From contig VXML01000034.1 in assembly GCA_009841115.1 (NCBI GenBank), forward strand, positions 61,593 through 125,592: 64,000 bases of DNA, given 5' to 3'. The position numbers and the translations under genes were made by a program. Position 1 is the stretch's first letter. Each line of letters begins with the position of its first letter. The notes below the pieces were generated by a model. It searched no databases and was not told where the DNA came from. It saw only the letters and a list, made by a program, of their open reading frames with translations. This document shows positions 40,336 to 46,660 of the stretch, one piece after another. The stretch comes from Gemmatimonadota bacterium (GTDB lineage: Bacteria; Latescibacterota; UBA2968; UBA8231).

Positions 40336-41055
40336 ATGACACCACGCTTTGACGACTACATCGACAAGATTCGGTCGTTGCCTGCGAATCCGACGGATAG
40401 AGACGTCGTTACCTCGGATTTCCTGCTCAGAGAAGAGGGTCTAATCGAGGTGTACTACGCGCCGCTCCACGGCATAACCACCGATGCAAAGATCGTCATC
40501 GTCGGTATAACGCCAAGTGCCGTGCAGATGCGCGCCGCGTTCACTGAGGCCCGGAGACTGCTCCACGAGGACATGAAACCACCACACCTCTTCAAGGAGA
40601 TCCGTCGCCGGATGGCGTTCAAGGGACCTATGCGGACGAATCTGAACGATATGCTCGACAAGATCGGTGTGGCGGAGCGTCTTGGACTTGCCAGCACCAC
40701 CCAGCTATTCGACGACGCATCGCACCTTCTACACTCCACGTCCGCGCTCCGGTATCCAGTATTCAACCGAGGGAAGAACTATACGGGGTCCAATCCGCCA
40801 ATTCACAGATCGCCACTGCTCAAGTCTCTCCTTACCTCCACTCTGCTGCCGGAACTCGATCAAGTGCCCGATGCGTTGATCGTGCCGTTGGGCAAGGCGG
40901 TCACCACAGATGCGCTGAAGATAATCGGCTTCGACAAGGAACGAAGAGTACTGCGTGGTTTCCCACATCCATCCGGGGGTAACGGCCATCGAAAGGCACA
41001 ATTCCAGAGGGAATTTCGCAATTTGTGTGGTATAGTTCGCGCTTGGAACCCCTGA
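40336..41055 (+). CDS. Uracil-DNA-glycosylase-superfamily-like protein (putative DNA glycosylase, atypical motifs)
   Basis: A motif-A-like IVIVGITPS (compare GINPG/GEAPG) and a motif-B-like GFPHPSGGNGH (compare HPS..N) lie ~155 aa apart. Size 239 aa. RBS GAAGGAAG upstream. Confidence 0.45.
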   Translation: MTPRFDDYIDKIRSLPANPTDRDVVTSDFLLREEGLIEVYYAPLHGITTDAKIVIVGITPSAVQMRAAFTEARRLLHEDMKPPHLFKEIRRRMAFKGPMRTNLNDMLDKIGVAERLGLASTTQLFDDASHLLHSTSALRYPVFNRGKNYTGSNPPIHRSPLLKSLLTSTLLPELDQVPDALIVPLGKAVTTDALKIIGFDKERRVLRGFPHPSGGNGHRKAQFQREFRNLCGIVRAWNP

Positions 41056-41120
41056 TAGCCTACTGAAAAACCAAAACTCAATCGGCGGCGAATGTTATAG
41101 AGCACTGATGTACGTAACTT

Positions 41121-41717
41121 TTAGGCCGCCACCATAGTTTCGGCCAGCGCAAAGCAGCAAGAACTGCGAGCTTGGCCCAAACTCTTGCTCCAAGCGTCGC
41201 GGGGATAGGGGCGACCGGGTACAGCCATGCCGTTGAGTTGCATCTGTCCAGCGGCGGCAAAAATCAGCACCGTGAAGACGATGTGCGGGTTGACGGTGGG
41301 CGGGCCGACTAGGGGGCTTTCCAGTTCCTCCCAAGTGGCAGTCAGAGTGTGGGACTCGCTTTGGATGGTCCAAGAAGGATTGCGGTCGATGCGGCCGACG
41401 CGGCTAAAGGTCGCTCGCCATTGAGGCAGATCGCGGTCGAATGGATTCTTGCTGCCGCGAATCATGGTGTCAAAAATGAAATCGGCCAAATCGAGATTGT
41501 CGGTGCAGACTGCGGTCAGGCCCTCAGAGCCGGGAATGTCGATATAGGCCACTGTTCCCTGACCGACGGGGCTATAGGCGGCACAGTATAGACTGAGTTG
41601 TCCGCTATTGGCTTCGGCTCCGGGTGGACGCAGATAGAGAATCCAGTGTTCGCCAGACCAGAGGAGCGGACCTCGGCTGAGGGAAGTGGAGCGTCGGGTG
41701 TTTGTTTTGCGTTGCAT
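41121..41717 (-). CDS. Hypothetical protein, no recognisable family
   Basis: 198-aa ORF with coding-like composition, convergent with the UDG-like gene. No motifs recognised. Confidence 0.4.
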   Translation of the reverse strand: MQRKTNTRRSTSLSRGPLLWSGEHWILYLRPPGAEANSGQLSLYCAAYSPVGQGTVAYIDIPGSEGLTAVCTDNLDLADFIFDTMIRGSKNPFDRDLPQWRATFSRVGRIDRNPSWTIQSESHTLTATWEELESPLVGPPTVNPHIVFTVLIFAAAGQMQLNGMAVPGRPYPRDAWSKSLGQARSSCCFALAETMVAA

Positions 41718-41758
41718 GGGGTGTCAAGATTGGACTTTTACAGGTTGGAATCGTGCCT

Positions 41759-41774
41759 CTCAAGCAATATCGCG
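41759..41774. repeat. Direct repeat copy A (CTCAAGCAATATCGCG) flanking the RelE/antitoxin cassette
   Basis: Perfect 16-nt identity with 42297-42312. Confidence 0.8.
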
Positions 41775-41794
41775 ATCAGCATCAAGATTGCCGA

Positions 41795-42046
41795 TTAGCG
41801 ATATGCCTCGCGGCGATGTTTCACCCGGTAGATGGTAACAACTAGTTCGCGATCATCTATATCGTAGATAATCCGATAAACTCCGACACGTAAGCTGTAA
41901 TCCGTTCTCCCTTGAAGCCTTTTTGCAGATCTAGGACGAGGATTTTCTGACAGGCTATCGATATGTTGGCTTAGCAAGTCGGCGTATTGTTGCGGCAGAT
42001 TCGAGAGATCTCGCATCGCCCGCCGAATGATGCGAACGCTATACAT
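41795..42046 (-). CDS. RelE/ParE family type II toxin
   Basis: 83 aa. The pattern RIIRRAMRDL...DSLSENPRP...AKRLQGRTDYSLRVGVYRIIYDIDDRELVVTIYRVKHRREAY is the classic RelE/ParE pattern. Confidence 0.85.
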   Translation of the reverse strand: MYSVRIIRRAMRDLSNLPQQYADLLSQHIDSLSENPRPRSAKRLQGRTDYSLRVGVYRIIYDIDDRELVVTIYRVKHRREAYR

Positions 42047-42260
42047 CTGCCCTGCTTGCTTGCAACTCTACCTTAGCCTGCTCCCATGGGATGGATTCTT
42101 CTGTGGCGGCGCGCAGACGGTCAATTTCCTCCGAGTCTTCAATATCCTCCAGCAAATTCAACAGCTCTTCCCAAACCGCATAGTCGATCAGCACTGATTG
42201 CTTCTCGCCATTAGAGTCCACGACAAACTGGAATTTTTGCATCAGATCAGCAACGCCCAT
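42039..42260 (-). CDS. Type II antitoxin (Phd/YefM-like)
   Basis: Start trimmed to MGVADLMQKFQFVVDSNGEKQSVLIDYAVWEELLNLLEDIEDSEE..., with AAGGAG upstream. Overlaps the toxin start by 8 nt. Confidence 0.7.
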   Translation of the reverse strand: MGVADLMQKFQFVVDSNGEKQSVLIDYAVWEELLNLLEDIEDSEEIDRLRAATEESIPWEQAKVELQASRADV

Positions 42261-42296
42261 TTCGTTCTCCTTTCTTGCATACGGTACCAAACGGCC

Positions 42297-42312
42297 CTCA
42301 AGCAATATCGCG
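42297..42312. repeat. Direct repeat copy B (CTCAAGCAATATCGCG), containing the stop codon of the GroES-like gene
   Basis: Identical to 41759-41774. On the minus strand it reads CGC GAT ATT GCT TGA (RDIA*). Confidence 0.8.
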
Positions 42313-42660
42313 GACGAGCACCAAAATCGCCGCCTGCGGCACGACGATAAACTTCTCGTCGTCGAACTTGATTTCCACCGCGTCCTTGCGCAGGAAAATG
42401 GCGTGGTCGCCTTTTTTGGCTTGGAGGCCGATGTAGCGCATCTGCTCGCCTCCCTCTTCCCAAGGTGCTCCGTCGTCATCAGCTTTTGGCGGCAAGGGAA
42501 CGCCCGGCCCCACTTCTTCGATGCGCCCGCTTTGCACATCCTCCTTTTCCAAGGCGGTCGGCGGCAAATAGAGCCCCACGGCCGTGCGCTCTTCCATGTC
42601 GTCAACCCGGATGAGCACGCGGTCGCCGACTACGTACAATTCCTTGTCGCCCCTAATCAT
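42298..42660 (-). CDS. GroES (Cpn10) family protein, stand-alone, with an insertion
   Basis: Start trimmed to MIRGDKELYVVGDRVLIRVDDMEERTAVGLYLP...SGRIEEVGPG...KKGDHAIF, which gives Cpn10 topology. AGGGAGGAG RBS. No groEL nearby. Confidence 0.65.
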   Translation of the reverse strand: MIRGDKELYVVGDRVLIRVDDMEERTAVGLYLPPTALEKEDVQSGRIEEVGPGVPLPPKADDDGAPWEEGGEQMRYIGLQAKKGDHAIFLRKDAVEIKFDDEKFIVVPQAAILVLVRDIA

Positions 42661-42676
42661 CTGCTCCTCCCTAGGG

Positions 42677-43891
42677 TTAAGACGCCAAGCGCAAACACTC
42701 GCTGTAGCGCTCAAATCGCTCCCCTTCCCCCTCTGCTGGATCGACGTACTTGAGCCAAAGGGCGCTGTCCTTCTTGTCGCCGCTAAGTTTGCGGCGGCTG
42801 CCGAGGTTGCTCGGATCAATGCCGTTCCACACCACTTGGCCGTCCTGCATATAGATGAACTCCCCTCGATAGCGGTCGATGAGCTTCCGCTGTTCGTCTT
42901 GGTAGATCAGCCCTTGCTCGCAGGTCGTGCGCCGCCAGTTGGCCACTGTGGCGTCTGAGTCCGTAGATACGGAGTCAAATTCGGCCAGCGGAGCCTCGAC
43001 CTCGCTCACAAAATCGATCTCGTTCAAATCCACTGTGCCAAAGCCGTGCTTAGCAGCTATCAGCAGATGATTGCGGTCGCGGCGGAAAGGCGGAGTCGGC
43101 CAATCGGAGTGAGGATCGTGGCCCATCAAGGTCATGCCGCAGGCATCGGTCGCCACCGGATGATCGCCGGCCATCAAGGCATTGCAAATCCGGCCCTCGC
43201 CGCCCCATTCGCGGCCCCATTGGCCGGTGAGGGCCTCGACGATATTGAGGCAGGGTTTGGTAATCATGCCCAAGTCCGGCAGGACGTAGGAAAGCCGGAT
43301 GAGATGGTGGTAATACGACCGCGTCCGCCCTTCCGGCGGGATCATCGGCGGCAGGCCAAAGAGGTTTTTCAGGGTCAAGGTAATGCCCATAAAGGCGTGA
43401 TTCTTCATCTTGGCGATGGATACCACCTCGTCGGCCTCGGCAAAAATGGCATTGAGTAGGTAGCGGTCGAACATACAGCCGCCACCGGGCACGTCGTACG
43501 TGGCAAAGGGAGGCAAGTTCGAGTCCACATAGCGGACGTCAAAATCGTCCAATATATAGCGGTAGTTAAAGTCGTCGGGGGTTACATGGCCGTTGCCATA
43601 GGGGTAGGTGTCGGTGGCGACTAGCTCGGCTGTAGTCCGCTCTCGCAGCAGGCGCAGCACCGCGCGGGCCACGGCATCATCTACCAACTCTCTCCGGCGG
43701 CCAGCGAAGTACTCGATGCGCTCCGGCGGTTTGATCATATTGAATTTTAATACAATCCGCCGCGCCTTTTCTAGCTTCTTCCAAGAGCGATCCAGTGGAT
43801 CGGTAGTCCGTTTGAGTACCTCGTAGATTTCTTCCTCGCTCGCCCGATGGTCGCAATGCGAGGCCCTAACTGTGTACTGTCTATCGTCCAT
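42677..43891 (-). CDS. DUF362 domain-containing protein with a C-terminal extension
   Basis: RIVLKFNMIKP and MKNHAFMGITLTLKNLFG resemble the conserved DUF362 blocks. 404 aa. Confidence 0.6.
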   Translation of the reverse strand: MDDRQYTVRASHCDHRASEEEIYEVLKRTTDPLDRSWKKLEKARRIVLKFNMIKPPERIEYFAGRRRELVDDAVARAVLRLLRERTTAELVATDTYPYGNGHVTPDDFNYRYILDDFDVRYVDSNLPPFATYDVPGGGCMFDRYLLNAIFAEADEVVSIAKMKNHAFMGITLTLKNLFGLPPMIPPEGRTRSYYHHLIRLSYVLPDLGMITKPCLNIVEALTGQWGREWGGEGRICNALMAGDHPVATDACGMTLMGHDPHSDWPTPPFRRDRNHLLIAAKHGFGTVDLNEIDFVSEVEAPLAEFDSVSTDSDATVANWRRTTCEQGLIYQDEQRKLIDRYRGEFIYMQDGQVVWNGIDPSNLGSRRKLSGDKKDSALWLKYVDPAEGEGERFERYSECLRLAS

Positions 43892-43923
43892 GATGCCTTT
43901 CCCTTTCTGTTAAGTGTTTGTAG

Positions 43924-45252
43924 CTACTCGCCGAGGACGCCCACGGTCTGTTCGAGCCCCATCAGGGCAAGCGCCTTGTCGCGGCGCGCGACAGCGCTTT
44001 GCGTGCGCGCCTCGACTAGGGCCAATTGCGCGTCCAGATTTTCCAATTGCGTGCCGACCCCGCTCGTATAGCGCAACTCGGCGACTTCCAGCCCCTTCTC
44101 GGCCTGTAATACTGCATCGCGGTGGGCCTCAATGCGCTGGCTGGCTTCCTCGACCGCATAATAGGCCTGCTGGATTTGCAACCGCACTTCTCTCGCGATT
44201 CGCTGATGATCGTACTCTATCCGGCGCAGATCCTGCCGCGCCTGCGCTACACGGGCCCCAGTGAGCCGCCCGTCGAAAAGCGGCATTTGCACTACTAGCC
44301 CAGTGTTCCAACTCTTGCGCCACTCCCGATCGGCTAGGTCGAACTCGTCGCTTTGGAACTGGGTTTGCCCAGCGGCTACTAGCTCCACGCTAGGCCGGGT
44401 GGACGCCTGATCGGCTGCGATCTTCCGCTCGTGCCATCCTATTTCCTGTTCGACGTGTGCCAACTCTGGTCGCTTCGTTAGGCCCAAGGCAACGAGAGCG
44501 TCCAGATCATCGAGATCCAGTGTCGTCTCGGTGCGGAACGTTCCCCTTACTTCTATGGCTTGGTCTAAGTCTAAACCCACGACATCCTTAAAGGCCATAG
44601 TGGCCAGTCGCAGGTTATTTTCGGCGCTGATAGAGTCGGCCCGCATGTTTGAGACCTGTACCTGAGCGCGCAACTGGTCCAACTCAGCGGCCCGACCAGC
44701 CTGCGCCCGTGCCTCCACTTGGGCCAGATTGCGTCTAGCCCACGCCAGCGCCAAGTGCGACACGGTGCGCAATTCCTCGGCTAGGAGCAGGTCGTAAAAT
44801 CGCTCCTCTACTTCGGCTAGCACAAGCTGAGTTGTCTGCCGCTCGGTTTCGCCGAGCATGGCAAATTGGCGGCGAGCCATGTCCTCAGTAGCGCGAATGC
44901 GACCTCCGGCATAGAGCGGCTGGCGCACGCTCAGGACGCCCGTGAGGTTGTTTTCCGTGCCGATCCTGACGGCATTGCCAGCAAAGACAAAAGAAGGCAG
45001 CAGCCAATTGCGGCTATACGTGAAGGAGGCATCGACTTGCGGCAACCCCGCCGCTCGCGCTACGCGTAGCTCTTCGCGTCCGCGCAGTAGATCAATGCGG
45101 GCTTGCAACAGGCGCTCGTTGTTTTCTTGCACCAAAGCCAACCCGGTTTGCAAGTCGAGAATCAGCGGCTCGGCCTCTGCTCGGGCTGGACGACTGGAGA
45201 CTGCACACAAGATCATCAAGCAGAACGCCCCCACCCCGGTCTTGCTCAACAT
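43924..45252 (-). CDS. TolC-family outer membrane efflux protein
   Basis: Signal peptide, then two repeats of the OEP helical/beta pattern (LDLQTGLALVQENNERLLQARIDLL...). The start is probably ATG 45252 (MLSKTGVGAF...); the maximal ORF reaches 45276. Confidence 0.8.
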   Translation of the reverse strand: MLSKTGVGAFCLMILCAVSSRPARAEAEPLILDLQTGLALVQENNERLLQARIDLLRGREELRVARAAGLPQVDASFTYSRNWLLPSFVFAGNAVRIGTENNLTGVLSVRQPLYAGGRIRATEDMARRQFAMLGETERQTTQLVLAEVEERFYDLLLAEELRTVSHLALAWARRNLAQVEARAQAGRAAELDQLRAQVQVSNMRADSISAENNLRLATMAFKDVVGLDLDQAIEVRGTFRTETTLDLDDLDALVALGLTKRPELAHVEQEIGWHERKIAADQASTRPSVELVAAGQTQFQSDEFDLADREWRKSWNTGLVVQMPLFDGRLTGARVAQARQDLRRIEYDHQRIAREVRLQIQQAYYAVEEASQRIEAHRDAVLQAEKGLEVAELRYTSGVGTQLENLDAQLALVEARTQSAVARRDKALALMGLEQTVGVLGE

Positions 45253-45578
45253 GGCAAACCGCGCTGCCGCAACCATGCCTCGACCTCCGCTCCGCCGACA
45301 TCGGCCAGCATAACGCCGTCGATTTCGACGCAGGGCGAGGCGTATTGTCGGCTCTTGGCAACCATTTCCGCAAAGGCTTTGCGGTCGCTGGTAATATCCA
45401 GTTCCTCGTATGGCAATCCGGTTCTATCGAGTGCCGTCCGCACGCCTGGACTCCAAGGACAATACGGATTGAGATACGCTTTGATCACAGGAGTAGTCTG
45501 TTCCACTTTGGCCTTTCCGCTGTACAAGGGACGCGATATATTGAGAAAAACATATCGCCCGCCTCTCATCCCTGTCAA
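45246..45578 (-). CDS. Glutaredoxin/thioredoxin-fold protein
   Basis: VIKAYLNPYCPWSPGVRTALD...LPYEELDITSD...SPCVEIDG gives a Grx-like layout with a CPWS site. Confidence 0.6.
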   Translation of the reverse strand: MTGMRGGRYVFLNISRPLYSGKAKVEQTTPVIKAYLNPYCPWSPGVRTALDRTGLPYEELDITSDRKAFAEMVAKSRQYASPCVEIDGVMLADVGGAEVEAWLRQRGLPC

Positions 45579-45595
45579 GGAAGGGGCCTCAATCT

Positions 45596-46423
45596 ATGAA
45601 ACCTCTGGTCTTATTCCACGGCGGCTGTAACGACGGCTTCTGTGCCGCGTGGATCTACCGGCGCTACGTCAATCCACAAGCCGAGTTTAAAGCGGTTCAA
45701 TACAACACCGACCCGCCGGCTACGGCTGACCGCGATGTTGTCATCCTCGACTTCAGCTACGAGCGGGCACAGCTCATGGAGATGCACGACCACGCCCGCT
45801 CGCTCTTGGTTTTGGATCATCACGAGACGGCTGCGGACGCCTTAGCCGGGCTCGACTATTGCGTATTCGCCGAGGACAAGTCTGGAGCACGCATGACCTG
45901 GGAATACTTTTTCGATCCCCGCTCTCAGGTCAGTGCTAACGACGTCCCTTGGCTGGTTTCCTATACCGAAGACCGCGACCTGTGGCGGTGGGCCTTGGCT
46001 GATTCCAAGGCCGTCAACGCCGCCCTCGCCTCGTACCCGCGCGACTTTGCCGTGTGGGATGAAATCGCCGAGCGTGGACCACAAGCCCTCGCCGTGGAAG
46101 GCCAAGCCATTCTCCGCTTCCAACACCGGCTCATCCGGCCGCGCGTTCGGTACCACGGCTGGACCACCATCAGTGGGTTTCGCGTCCCCATTACCAATGC
46201 CACGTTTATGACTTCTGAAATCGGCAATGCCCTCGCCGAAGGGCATCCTTTTTCTGCGGTGTTCTTCGTCCGTCCGGACAGCAAGGTCGTGTACAATCTG
46301 CGCTCCAAAGGAGACGAAGCCGCGGATGTGGGTCGCATCGCGCGCGATTACGGCGGTGGAGGGCACAAGCACGCGGCGGCTTTTACCCTAGAAACCATGC
46401 TGCCGATGGAAGCAGGGACGTAA
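45596..46423 (+). CDS. DHH/DHHA1 family phosphoesterase
   Basis: Motifs HGGCNDGFCAAW, VILDFS, LVLDHHET and a C-terminal GGGHKHAAAF (DHHA1 GGGH). Confidence 0.75.
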   Translation: MKPLVLFHGGCNDGFCAAWIYRRYVNPQAEFKAVQYNTDPPATADRDVVILDFSYERAQLMEMHDHARSLLVLDHHETAADALAGLDYCVFAEDKSGARMTWEYFFDPRSQVSANDVPWLVSYTEDRDLWRWALADSKAVNAALASYPRDFAVWDEIAERGPQALAVEGQAILRFQHRLIRPRVRYHGWTTISGFRVPITNATFMTSEIGNALAEGHPFSAVFFVRPDSKVVYNLRSKGDEAADVGRIARDYGGGGHKHAAAFTLETMLPMEAGT

Positions 46424-46440
46424 AATCACAATCCAGCAAA

Positions 46441-46477
46441 ACAGGCACCTGCGATCGGTCGCAAGTGCCTGTTTTTT
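46441..46477 (+). terminator. Rho-independent terminator after the DHH gene
   Basis: ACAGGCAC...GTGCCTGT stem followed by TTTTTTT. It abuts the 3' end of tRNA-Lys on the opposite strand. Confidence 0.7.
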
Positions 46478-46553
46478 TGGTGAGCCCACTGGGAATCGAA
46501 CCCAGGACCTACGGATTAAAAGTCCGGTGCTCTACCAGCTGAGCTATAGGCTC
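46478..46553 (-). tRNA. tRNA-Lys (anticodon UUU), CCA encoded
   Basis: Reverse complement: GAGCCTA acceptor, D-arm GCTC-AGCTGGTA-GAGC, anticodon loop CTTTTAA, T-arm CTGGG-TTCGATT-CCCAG, and 3' ACCA. Confidence 0.9.
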
Positions 46554-46660
46554 TATCGGTGGTGTATCTAATTCAAAATAAGCGGTTTGCGTATCCCTCG
46601 CAAGACTTCCTACTGCATTGGCGGCTTTTGTCCTAGGCCCAGCGGTACCTGCCAATAAGC

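Noticed and set aside
42261-42819. Long upstream extensions of the antitoxin ORF (to 42605) and the GroES-like ORF (to 42819)
   Set aside because: The extensions overlap neighbouring genes in other frames and lack RBSs. The internal ATGs at 42260 and 42660 are preceded by strong Shine-Dalgarno sequences and give family-typical lengths.
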